A stretch of DNA of 37,897 bases, from positions 1 through 37,897 of the IMG/VR virus record IMGVR_UViG_3300005805_000008. One strand, 5' to 3'. Below, one piece after another: positions 1-8,359 of the stretch. The position numbers and the translations under genes are program-made. Position 1 is the first letter of the stretch; each line of letters opens with the position of its first letter. The notes below the pieces were generated by a model that was not told where the DNA came from, made no database searches, and saw only the letters and a list, made by a program, of their open reading frames with translations. The DNA comes from a virus. Lineage: Duplodnaviria; Caudoviricetes.

Positions 1-74
1 AATACGCAACGAAGCCAACCATCATGTATTTGATGAGTCGTTTTTTAATGGCGCAGTATGGGCAAGAGGGAAAA
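1..74. repeat. Terminal direct repeat copy 1 (circular assembly overlap)
   Basis: 1-74 is identical to 37824-37897; the ORF from 37597 continues across the junction to TGA at 95-97. Confidence 0.95.
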
Positions 75-89
75 TAAAGGAGAAGAACC

Positions 90-275
90 GTGGATGAGAG
101 CAAGCCAGAAGTAAGATCGGACATTGACCAGATATGTTCGGCAGTTATGGCAGACACCGAAGCGGTAGAGGAAGCTGAGAGGCTTCGCTGGATGCTGGTA
201 GCGGCTCAGGCAAGGATTGATGTATTTAGGACGTTAGAGGCTTCTAATCGGAATATAGACAGGAATACACAATGA
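90..275 (+). CDS. Hypothetical protein; 5'-truncated paralogue of 36759-37100
   Basis: GTG start after AAGGAG; C-terminal AVEEAERLRWMLVAAQARIDVFRTLEASNRNIDRNTQ closely matches the end of 36759-37100. Confidence 0.6.
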   Translation: MDESKPEVRSDIDQICSAVMADTEAVEEAERLRWMLVAAQARIDVFRTLEASNRNIDRNTQ

Positions 276-454
276 ACGAGATAGACGACTCAAATCTGGC
301 TGAATGTGAATATTGTGGTTTTGTTGATAATTGGAACGAAATCCCTACGGCTAATGATCCTTGGTGTTCTGACGGTACGGTAACGGTATGTCCTAAGTGC
401 AATGAAGGTGAGTCATTCCGTGACTATCAGCCGGAGAAAAAGAATGAAAGCTGA
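272..454 (+). CDS. Small Zn-ribbon-like protein; paralogue of 37110-37325
   Basis: CEYC...CPKC; ATGA overlap with upstream gene. Confidence 0.7.
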   Translation: MNEIDDSNLAECEYCGFVDNWNEIPTANDPWCSDGTVTVCPKCNEGESFRDYQPEKKNES

Positions 455-623
455 TATAAGGTCGATTACCCAGATCGGTGAGCGCAAGCCTGAGACTGAA
501 GGCGACAAGATTTTATTTACGTTAAAAATAAACAATGTTACTAGAAGGAATCGTATTGAAATAATTGGTGAGCTTACTCAGGATGAGAAGCAAAAACTGT
601 TTGAGTTGCTTGGAATTAAATGA
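444..623 (+). CDS. Hypothetical protein
   Basis: ATG 444 preceded by GGAG, in frame with track ORF 402-623; ATGA overlap with next gene. Confidence 0.6.
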   Translation: MKADIRSITQIGERKPETEGDKILFTLKINNVTRRNRIEIIGELTQDEKQKLFELLGIK

Positions 624-928
624 GAAAAAGAGAGAAAGAATACCTATCCAAAATAGCTGATATTGGCTGTATATTGTGCTATAAACTTGGTAATGCTGGC
701 ACTCCTGCTGAGATTCATCATATCAGGGGTATGGGCTTAGGGATGGGTGTTAGGAACTCTCATGACAATGCTATTCCTTTATGTCCTGAGCATCACAGGG
801 GTAACACTGGGTATCACGGTTTAGGCCGTAAGGCATTTGAGAAGCGATATTCTGTTACCGAATGGGAACTTAAAGACAAGCTGGAGCAAATATTAAATGA
901 AGAAAACCAAGATGGAGAAGAAGGTTAG
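620..928 (+). CDS. Ref-family (RecA-dependent)/DUF968-like HNH nuclease
   Basis: GCILC...PAEIHHIR...AIPLCPEHHRG motif. Confidence 0.75.
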   Translation: MRKREKEYLSKIADIGCILCYKLGNAGTPAEIHHIRGMGLGMGVRNSHDNAIPLCPEHHRGNTGYHGLGRKAFEKRYSVTEWELKDKLEQILNEENQDGEEG

Positions 929-1058
929 TAAGGTCATGTCAGAGTTCAAGGCTGGCACATTGCACTCAGGCAAAGGCGGTAAAGTTGTTAAGAATCCTAA
1001 ACAGGCGGTTGCTATTGCTATTTCGGAAGGCCGTAAGGCTGCTAAGGGGAAGAAATGA
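897..1058 (+). CDS. Small basic protein, DUF6496-like (53 aa, not in ORF track)
   Basis: Hand translation MKKTKMEKKVSKVMSEFKAGTLHSGKGGKVVKNPKQAVAIAISEGRKAAKGKK. Confidence 0.75.
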   Translation: MKKTKMEKKVSKVMSEFKAGTLHSGKGGKVVKNPKQAVAIAISEGRKAAKGKK

Positions 1059-1231
1059 AGACAGGTCTCTATAGCAATATTCATGCCAAACGTAAGCGTA
1101 TAGCTGAGGGTTCTGGCGAGAAGATGAACAAGCCGGGAACCAAGGGAGCGCCTACGAAGGCAGACTTTAAGCAAGCAGCTAAGACAGCGGTTCGGGGTTC
1201 TCGCACTGCAAAGAATAGGGCTAAGAAATAA
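1055..1231 (+). CDS. Small basic phage protein (58 aa, not in ORF track)
   Basis: MKTGLYSNIHAKRKRIAEGSGEKMNKPGTKGAPTKADFKQAAKTA...; ATGA and TAATG coupling on either side. Confidence 0.75.
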   Translation: MKTGLYSNIHAKRKRIAEGSGEKMNKPGTKGAPTKADFKQAAKTAVRGSRTAKNRAKK

Positions 1232-1536
1232 TGGCTAAGACTGCGGCATGGCAGAGGAAGGAAGGCCAGAGCAAGAAGGGGGGATTAAATGAAAAAGGGA
1301 GAAAGTCGTACGAAGCTCAAAATCCCGGCTCTGATCTTAAGTCTCCTGTTAAATCTGGTGATAATCCTCGCCGTGCTTCATTTTTAGCCCGTATGGGTAA
1401 TATGCCCGGTCCGGAGAAGAAACCAAATGGGGAGCCTAGTCGTTTGTTACTATCTTTACGAGCATGGGGAGCCTCAAGCAAGGCTGATGCCAAGAAGAAA
1501 GCCGCAGCCATATCTGCTAGAAACAAGAAAAAATGA
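1231..1536 (+). CDS. Basic phage protein, DUF6321-like
   Basis: AWQRKEG...GGLNEKGRKSY...RRASFLARM motif; coupled to neighbours. Confidence 0.7.
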   Translation: MAKTAAWQRKEGQSKKGGLNEKGRKSYEAQNPGSDLKSPVKSGDNPRRASFLARMGNMPGPEKKPNGEPSRLLLSLRAWGASSKADAKKKAAAISARNKKK

Positions 1537-2054
1537 TATTAAATCTAGGCTCTGGCAAGGACTGGAGAGAGGATTGTCTAAACTCCGACATACAGGCAAG
1601 GGTAAATCCTGACTGGTGTTGCGACATATCAAGGGTTAATTGGGGAGAGGTTATAGAGACCCGATTTGGCCCGATAACGATACAAACTAGGATGTTTGAG
1701 AAAATCGTCGCAAACGACGTTTTAGAGCATATTCCTGACTTAATTTCCGCCATGAAGAACTGCAAGGACTTGCTGGTATCTGGTGGCGAGTTCCATATTA
1801 ACGTGCCGTATGACCTGAGTTTAGGTGCTTGGCAAGATCCAACGCATGTTCGGGCATTTAACGAGAATAGCTGGCTGTACTACACGGAGTGGCATTGGTA
1901 CTTAGGTTGGGATGATGGCTTTAAGTTATCGGAGCTTCAGTTCAATTTGTCCGAAATGGGTACACAAATGTCTGACAAAGGCATTCCCGATCAGGAGATA
2001 CTAAGGACTCCGAGGGCGGTAGATTCCATGAAGGTAACTTTATGCAAGCCATAG
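1533..2054 (+). CDS. Class I SAM-dependent methyltransferase
   Basis: LNLGSG motif I, DVLEHIPD, LVSGGEFHINVP, AWQDPTHVR. Confidence 0.85.
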   Translation: MILNLGSGKDWREDCLNSDIQARVNPDWCCDISRVNWGEVIETRFGPITIQTRMFEKIVANDVLEHIPDLISAMKNCKDLLVSGGEFHINVPYDLSLGAWQDPTHVRAFNENSWLYYTEWHWYLGWDDGFKLSELQFNLSEMGTQMSDKGIPDQEILRTPRAVDSMKVTLCKP

Positions 2055-2755
2055 TTATATGTTCGGTAGGCAACCCCGGTGTAACCGTTTTATTAGAATC
2101 TATCCGTGTATATGCACCAGACCTTAGAATTTACTTATGCGCAAATAGTCTGGGACTTTGGGGAGAAATCCGTTCAAAAATGCCAGAGCTTGACATCATC
2201 TTCAGGCCAAATACTGCTACCAATTTCGGAGATGCGTATAATGAAGGCATCGATTACGCTTTCTCCCACGGGGGATATGATTCACTGATTCTGGCTAACG
2301 ATGACGTTGTTATAACACCTAGTACCATAGATTTGCTGGCTAAAGACACGAGAATTCTGGAATCAAACGCCGTAAATCTCGGAATCTTAGGGGCCAGATC
2401 GGACTATGTATTGCCGGACCAGAACATTAGGTTCCCGGTAGAGGAAGACCAGCCAATAGGATTAAGGTGGGCTAGTGAAGCCAAGATCAGAGAGACGGGA
2501 GTTATAGCGCCTATCTTTGCGACGATAAGTAAGAAGGCTTGGGATGTAGCCAAGTTCCCTAGCACCAATTGGTATTCCGATAATATAATATGTCATGACC
2601 TGCAACAAGCGGGGTTTCGGCATTTCGTCAGTCGTGCGTATGTGCATCATGCAGGAAGCCAGACGGTAGGTACTGACTTTGAAAAATGCCATGAGGAGCC
2701 ACGAGAGTGGATAAAGGCTAACAGGCCGGATATGTACAAAGTGTTTTACGCATGA
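2042..2755 (+). CDS. GT-A fold (family 2-like) glycosyltransferase
   Basis: NFGDAYNEG, ILANDDV (DxD-like), WYSDN, YVHHAGSQT. Confidence 0.8.
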   Translation: MQAIVICSVGNPGVTVLLESIRVYAPDLRIYLCANSLGLWGEIRSKMPELDIIFRPNTATNFGDAYNEGIDYAFSHGGYDSLILANDDVVITPSTIDLLAKDTRILESNAVNLGILGARSDYVLPDQNIRFPVEEDQPIGLRWASEAKIRETGVIAPIFATISKKAWDVAKFPSTNWYSDNIICHDLQQAGFRHFVSRAYVHHAGSQTVGTDFEKCHEEPREWIKANRPDMYKVFYA

Positions 2756-2776
2756 CACCTGAAAGGTAATGCAAAA

Positions 2777-3109
2777 ATGGAAACAACTGACAGTAAAGAG
2801 CAGCAGGTTACAGCCCATCCGGGACTAACTAATGCAGGTAAGGGTAGACCAGCAGGAGTACCTAATAAGAGTACGGCAGTAGTACGCAATGCTATTGCTA
2901 CTCTGCTAGAGAAGAACGTGCCTTACATGGACAGATGGCTCCAGAGGGTAGCTGAAGGCGATGAGGTACTAGGACTCAAGCCTGACCCAGCCAAGGCACT
3001 AGACCTAATGCAAAAGCTGAGTGAGTACCATATCCCTAAGCTGGCTAGGACAGAGGTAACGGGCGCTGATGGTGGTCCTCAAGAGCACGTGGTTACATGG
3101 CAGAAATAG
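2777..3109 (+). CDS. terS: Terminase small subunit (putative)
   Basis: GRPAGVPNKST N-terminal motif, TEVTGADGGP C-terminal motif, upstream of TerL. Confidence 0.7.
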   Translation: METTDSKEQQVTAHPGLTNAGKGRPAGVPNKSTAVVRNAIATLLEKNVPYMDRWLQRVAEGDEVLGLKPDPAKALDLMQKLSEYHIPKLARTEVTGADGGPQEHVVTWQK

Positions 3110-3113
3110 TACT

Positions 3114-3142
3114 TTGAATATTTATTAAATTAATATTATAAT
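3114..3142 (+). promoter_or_regulatory. Sigma70-like promoter for the endonuclease gene
   Basis: TTGAAT-17 nt-TATAAT in an AT-rich gap. Confidence 0.6.
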
Positions 3143-3161
3143 ATTGCCATTGGAGGTATCA

Positions 3162-3677
3162 ATGGACAGACAGGCTAGATTAAAAACAATTGATGGCGTT
3201 GAGCATCATCATTGTGGGAAATGCAAAGAATATAAGCTGCCAGAAGCATTTTATAAAAACATTAAGTCTTTAACTGGTAGGCAGTCTTATTGCAAGATTT
3301 GCGTTAAAGAATATGCCTCTGGCGAAGATTGGGTTGCTTGGCGCAAGGAACGGTATTACAAAAATCCAGAAAGAACTATTTGGATTGAAGCTAGGTCAAG
3401 GGCAAGCAAAGCCCAACTGCCATTTGATATAGAGCCGGAGGATTGCAAAATACCTGAGTTTTGCCCCGTCCTTGGCATTAAATTATCGCCAAAAGGAAAA
3501 GGCACTCACCAAGACTCTACGCCAACATTAGACAAAGTTAGCCCGCTCAAGGGTTATGTAAAAGGAAACGTCAATGTTATATCTTGGAAAGCTAATAGAT
3601 TGAAATCTAATTGCGATGATCCAGAAGTATTTGAGGCTATTGCTGCATATATCCGCAATAGTAAAGGCTTCGCATGA
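3162..3677 (+). CDS. Free-standing HNH/His-Me endonuclease with N-terminal Zn finger
   Basis: CGKC...CKIC; CPVLG...PTLDKV...GYVKGNVNVISWKANRLK; GGAGG SD before ATG 3162. Confidence 0.75.
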   Translation: MDRQARLKTIDGVEHHHCGKCKEYKLPEAFYKNIKSLTGRQSYCKICVKEYASGEDWVAWRKERYYKNPERTIWIEARSRASKAQLPFDIEPEDCKIPEFCPVLGIKLSPKGKGTHQDSTPTLDKVSPLKGYVKGNVNVISWKANRLKSNCDDPEVFEAIAAYIRNSKGFA

Positions 3678-4930
3678 ATGAAATAATTATCCCCTACAAG
3701 CCACGGGAGCATCAGTTAGCCTTGCACGAGGCTCTAGACAAGAATCGCTTTGTTGTCGGAGTCATGCACAGAAGGTTTGGGAAAACTGTTGCAGCTATTA
3801 ACCAGATCGTCAAACAGGCTGTTGAGTGCCAGTTAGAATCGCCTCGATATGCTTATGTTGCCCCAACATATACCCAAGCCAAGCGGATCGCCTTTGACTA
3901 TTTGGTCAAGTACACAAGGCCGCTAGGGGCCAGCGTAAACATAGCCGAACTTCGGGTTGACTTCTGGGGTCGCAGAATCTCACTTCATGGAGCTGATAAC
4001 GCAGATTCCTTGCGCGGTACTTACTACGATGGGGTGGTGCTAGACGAGGTTGGCGATATGAACCCTAAAGTCTGGAATGAGGTATTGCGTCCTGCTTTGG
4101 CTGACCGTCTTGGATGGGCTTTGTTTATTGGTACGCCTAAAGGGAACAATCACTTTAAGGAGCTAAGAGACAGGGCCGAGAAAACTGAAGACTGGTCGCT
4201 GGTTGAGTTCAAAGCCTCGCAAACCAATATTATCCCTGACAAGGAGCTATGGGCTGCTAGGCAGGAGATGGGCGAGGACAAGTACCAGCAGGAGTTCGAG
4301 TGTTCATTTAACGCAGCGGTGGAGGGCAGCTACTATGGTCAGATTATCAATGATCTCGAGGAAAAGGGCCGTATCACTACCGTTGACCGTGATGACCTTT
4401 GTAAGTCTTTTGTTGCTTGGGACCTTGGGATGGGCGACTCTACTTGTCTTTGGGTTGCTCAGTTGGCTGGCAAGGAAATTAGGATCATTGATTGCATGGA
4501 GAATCACGGAGTCGGTCTGGACTACTATGTATCATGGTTGCGAGACAACAACTATCAAGGGTTCACCCAGTACCTCCCCCATGACGTTGAAGTCCGAGAG
4601 CTGGGAACGGGAAGAAGCCGTAAGGAAGTGCTCGAAGAAGCGGGGCTATCTATAACGGTGGCTCCAAGGCTGTCCATTGCTGACGGCATTCAGGCTGTGC
4701 GTAGGATGCTGCCTAGATGCTGGTTTGACCACAAGGTTAAGCCGGGGCTTGATGCATTACGTAACTACCGGCGGGAGTATAACGAGAAGCAACAGGTGTT
4801 CTACGATAAGCCATTACACAACTGGGCCTCTCATTACTCGGATAGTTTTCGATACCTAGCAATAAGCCTTGACGAATCAGCGGATTCATGGTCAAGCGAG
4901 TTGCCTATCAAGACGAATTGGATTGTATAA
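3674..4930 (+). CDS. terL: Terminase large subunit
   Basis: Walker A HRRFGKT, Walker B VVLDE, GTPKG, RNase H-like WDLG and HYSDSFRY. Confidence 0.95.
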   Translation: MNEIIIPYKPREHQLALHEALDKNRFVVGVMHRRFGKTVAAINQIVKQAVECQLESPRYAYVAPTYTQAKRIAFDYLVKYTRPLGASVNIAELRVDFWGRRISLHGADNADSLRGTYYDGVVLDEVGDMNPKVWNEVLRPALADRLGWALFIGTPKGNNHFKELRDRAEKTEDWSLVEFKASQTNIIPDKELWAARQEMGEDKYQQEFECSFNAAVEGSYYGQIINDLEEKGRITTVDRDDLCKSFVAWDLGMGDSTCLWVAQLAGKEIRIIDCMENHGVGLDYYVSWLRDNNYQGFTQYLPHDVEVRELGTGRSRKEVLEEAGLSITVAPRLSIADGIQAVRRMLPRCWFDHKVKPGLDALRNYRREYNEKQQVFYDKPLHNWASHYSDSFRYLAISLDESADSWSSELPIKTNWIV

Positions 4931-4959
4931 TAAGCAAAATTGCCCGAAAGGTATTTGCT

Positions 4960-7077
4960 ATGAAGATGGACGAAGGCCAGATTAAAGGTATTCTCGAAGC
5001 CGAGATTGACAACAGTCTTGGTTATATTGATACAGAGACCACAGAAGCCCGTAGCAAGGCATTGGATTACTATCTACGCAATCCTTACGGGAATGAGGTT
5101 GAAGGACGTAGCCAGATTGTGACTGGCGAGGTTGCTGAAGCTATTGATGGTGCATTGCCGCAGCTTATCCGAGTGTTTACGACCACTGAGGATATTGTCT
5201 ACTTTGAACCTAAGACACCTGACGCTGAGGAGTCCGCCAAGCAAGCCACTGATTACTGCAACTGGGTGTTCTACCGTGAGAACGACGGTCTATTGATCCT
5301 GCATAACTGGTTTAAGGATGCTTTGCTTCAGAAGGTAGGCGTAGTCAAGACGTACTGGGATAAGCGGGAAGATGTTACGGTAGAGAAATACAAGAACCTA
5401 AGCGAGATGGAGCTATCGATGCTTCTGTCGGATGAGTCGCTAGAGGTTGTTGAGCAGGATGTAGAGTTTGACGATGGCGGCATGGACATGATGGGTCAGC
5501 CTATCGTGGTTCCTCGCTATGAGGTCAAAGTCAAGAGAATGAAGAAGTACGGCTGTGTCCGTATTGAAAACGTACCACCGGAAGAATTCCTAATTTCCAA
5601 AGCAGCTAGGGATATTGAGAGTTCTCCTTTTGTAGCTCATCGCAAGCTCATGCCGAGGTCAGATTTGATCGCTATGGGCTACGATGAAGACCTTGTCTTT
5701 CAGCTACCTTCTTATGATGATCTGTCGTTCTCTGAGGAACGGATTGCCCGTTACGACGCAGGAGAACAGCCAGACGAGCAGCAAAGCCTTGACCCTGCCA
5801 TGCAGACGGTTGAGGTTTATGAGTGCTATATCCGCATTGATGAGGATGATGACGGTATCGCAGAGTTGCGCCGTATTGTCTATTGCGGCAGTGAAATACT
5901 AGATGATGATGAGTGTGATTACATTCCGTTCCACTCTATCTGTCCTATCCCTATCCCGCACAAGTTCTTTGGTCAGTCGCTTGCTGACCGTACTGTTGAC
6001 CTGCAACTTATCAAGTCCACGATTGTCCGTCAGTCGCTCGATAACCTGTACCTGACTAACCATAACCGGGTGGGTGTGGTTGATGGTCAGGTGAACATTG
6101 ATGACTTGCTTAATGCTACGCCGGGCGGTGTGATTCGGATGAAGAACCCGAACGCTCTGGTTCCGTTATCTGTTGCGTCTACGTTTGGTCAGGCAATGCC
6201 GATGCTGCAATACTTGGATGAGGTCCAGACCAAGCGCACAGGAATTAGCGATGCACAACAAGGGCTTGACCCGGATGTATTGTCTAACGTGACTGCTGCT
6301 GCTGTTGCTGCGATGATGAAGTCCAACTCTGGCAAGATGGAGTTGATTGCTCGCATATTTGCTGAGACGGGCGTTAAGAGCCTGTTTAAGGGCGTATTGC
6401 ACTTGTTGGGCAAGTATCAGGATAAACCTAAGCTGGTCCGTATGCGTGGCAAGTATGTTGAGTATGATCCTCGCACTTGGCAGAATGAGTACGACGTGTC
6501 GGTTAACGTTGGCTTGGGTTCTGGAGACCGTGACCAGAAGATTGCTATGTTGCAGATGATCTTAGCCAAGCAGGAGCAGATTATTCAGCAGTATGGCCCT
6601 GCGAATCCGTTGGTTACGGTGGGTCAGTACCGCAATACATTGGCTAGGTTCATTGAGGCTGCTGGCTTTAAGGATGCCAACGTATTCATGAACGAGATTA
6701 CGCCGGAGCAAGATGCTCAGTTGTCGCAGCCAAAGCCACCGGAGCCAGATGCACAGGCAGAAATAGCCAAGATGCTAATGGATGTTGAGCGGGAGAAGAA
6801 CGAGGCTAAGTCACAAATTGATGCGGCGAAGCTGGATCTGGAGAAGCAGCAGTTGCAGGCAGAATATACCCGTAAAGGTATAGAAATGCAGATGAAGAAC
6901 CAGAAGGATCAGGCTGAGATTCGCATTAAAGAGGCGCAGTTAGCAGTTCAGCAACTTCAGGCTATTCTGGCAATGGATTTAGCTGATGAGGAAACCCGCA
7001 ATAAGCAGGCTGAGATTGTCCTTAAAACGATTAAAGAGCTAGGGAGTCTAAGTGGACAGAGCGCAATGGGCTATTAA
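4960..7077 (+). CDS. Portal protein (P22-like)
   Basis: ~700 aa after TerL with a C-terminal coiled coil; start probably ATG 4960 or 4966 rather than 4888. Confidence 0.9.
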   Translation: MKMDEGQIKGILEAEIDNSLGYIDTETTEARSKALDYYLRNPYGNEVEGRSQIVTGEVAEAIDGALPQLIRVFTTTEDIVYFEPKTPDAEESAKQATDYCNWVFYRENDGLLILHNWFKDALLQKVGVVKTYWDKREDVTVEKYKNLSEMELSMLLSDESLEVVEQDVEFDDGGMDMMGQPIVVPRYEVKVKRMKKYGCVRIENVPPEEFLISKAARDIESSPFVAHRKLMPRSDLIAMGYDEDLVFQLPSYDDLSFSEERIARYDAGEQPDEQQSLDPAMQTVEVYECYIRIDEDDDGIAELRRIVYCGSEILDDDECDYIPFHSICPIPIPHKFFGQSLADRTVDLQLIKSTIVRQSLDNLYLTNHNRVGVVDGQVNIDDLLNATPGGVIRMKNPNALVPLSVASTFGQAMPMLQYLDEVQTKRTGISDAQQGLDPDVLSNVTAAAVAAMMKSNSGKMELIARIFAETGVKSLFKGVLHLLGKYQDKPKLVRMRGKYVEYDPRTWQNEYDVSVNVGLGSGDRDQKIAMLQMILAKQEQIIQQYGPANPLVTVGQYRNTLARFIEAAGFKDANVFMNEITPEQDAQLSQPKPPEPDAQAEIAKMLMDVEREKNEAKSQIDAAKLDLEKQQLQAEYTRKGIEMQMKNQKDQAEIRIKEAQLAVQQLQAILAMDLADEETRNKQAEIVLKTIKELGSLSGQSAMGY

Positions 7078-7282
7078 CCTACTGAGGGACGATACGTTTC
7101 GTGAGGTTCTTGAGGAACTGCGGGGCGTAGAGATGAGCCGAATACTCATGAGCGACTATGATGAGGTTCATGACCGTGAGGATGCTTATACGCGTCTCAG
7201 GGTTCTGGAATCGATTGAGAACCACATAGAAGGCATGGCAGATCAGAAGAAGATTGATGCTAAAAGGCTAAAGATTTTGTAA
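7052..7282 (+). CDS. Small protein between portal and scaffold
   Basis: 76-aa ORF with GGAG SD, overlapping the portal stop; typical position. Confidence 0.75.
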   Translation: MDRAQWAINLLRDDTFREVLEELRGVEMSRILMSDYDEVHDREDAYTRLRVLESIENHIEGMADQKKIDAKRLKIL

Positions 7283-7322
7283 CCCGAGTCGGGCGGTTCC
7301 CGATATAATTTAGGAAACATAC

Positions 7323-8294
7323 ATGAGCGATACTCAGAACACGACTCCAGACGGAAGTGGTGAGTTGACGGTAGGTGGTGCAGCAGACGCTATTTTGGGT
7401 CTAATGGGTGGTGAAGACGGCTCCGAACAGGAACAACCAGAACGCCAAGCAGAGGCCAACGATAGCGATGCCGAATCTGATGAGTATGAAGACGAGTCAG
7501 AGGTAGAACAAGATGATGACGGTGAAGAAGCAGAGGAGCCTCAGACATTCCGTGTCAAAGCCGCTGGCGAAGAACGGGAGGTAACCCTAGATGAGCTTAT
7601 CAAGTCTTATCAACTTGGCACAGACTATACCAAGAAATCGCAAGCAGTCGCTGAAGAACGCAAGGTCGTAGAAGCAGAGCGCCAGCGTATCGATGAAGCG
7701 AGACAGCTCCGTGACCAGTATGCGGAGAGGTTGCAGATGATTGAGCAGATGCTGAATCAGCCGCAGCAAGAGGAAAATCTAGAGTATCTCAAGGAGACTG
7801 ATCCTATAGGTTACGCTGTCAAGGTAGCCGAGATGAGTCAACGAGAGAAGCAGATAATGCAGGTTCGGGCTGAGCGTGAGCGCATTACGCAACAGCAAGA
7901 ATACGACAGACAGACACGACTAAGGCAGACAATATCTGTTGAGTCCGAGAAGTTAGTTGCTGCGTTACCTGAGTTTGCAGATCCTGAGAAGGGCGAATTA
8001 ATCCGAAAGGATATTCGGACTTACGGTAAGCAGGCTGGATTTTCTGATGAAGAATTAGCGAATGTTTATGATTCGCGAGCAGTTCTGACGCTATGGAAGG
8101 CGATGCAGTACGACAAGTTGAATTCTGCAAAGTCTGGTATCACTAAGAAGGTTTCAGAGGCTCCCAAAGCGATTAAGCCGGGAGTATCTAGGCCAAGGGA
8201 TAGCAATAGCGAGGAACTGAAGAAACTTAAAGCGCGAGCTAAGAACTCTGGACGAGTTGCTGATGCCGCAAGTGTATTTGAACGATTCTTGTAA
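7323..8294 (+). CDS. Capsid scaffolding protein
   Basis: Acidic N-terminus, EVTLDELIKSYQLGTDYTKKSQ, coiled coil; precedes the capsid gene. Confidence 0.85.
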   Translation: MSDTQNTTPDGSGELTVGGAADAILGLMGGEDGSEQEQPERQAEANDSDAESDEYEDESEVEQDDDGEEAEEPQTFRVKAAGEEREVTLDELIKSYQLGTDYTKKSQAVAEERKVVEAERQRIDEARQLRDQYAERLQMIEQMLNQPQQEENLEYLKETDPIGYAVKVAEMSQREKQIMQVRAERERITQQQEYDRQTRLRQTISVESEKLVAALPEFADPEKGELIRKDIRTYGKQAGFSDEELANVYDSRAVLTLWKAMQYDKLNSAKSGITKKVSEAPKAIKPGVSRPRDSNSEELKKLKARAKNSGRVADAASVFERFL

Positions 8295-8305
8295 AGGATG
8301 TAATC

Positions 8306-8359
8306 ATGGCAACTTATACCGCACACAGCGCGATTGGTCAGCGCGAAGATTTGACGGAT
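8306..8359 (+). CDS. Major capsid protein, exon 1
   Basis: AAAGGA SD; MATYTAHSAIGQREDLTD then TAA; joins in frame to 9310. Confidence 0.9.

Noticed and set aside
893-1765. Minus-strand ORFs opposite the basic proteins and methyltransferase
   Set aside because: Antisense shadows of coupled plus-strand genes
4888-4959. N-terminal extension of the portal
   Set aside because: Overlaps terL; the SD-like AAAGG favours ATG 4960/4966
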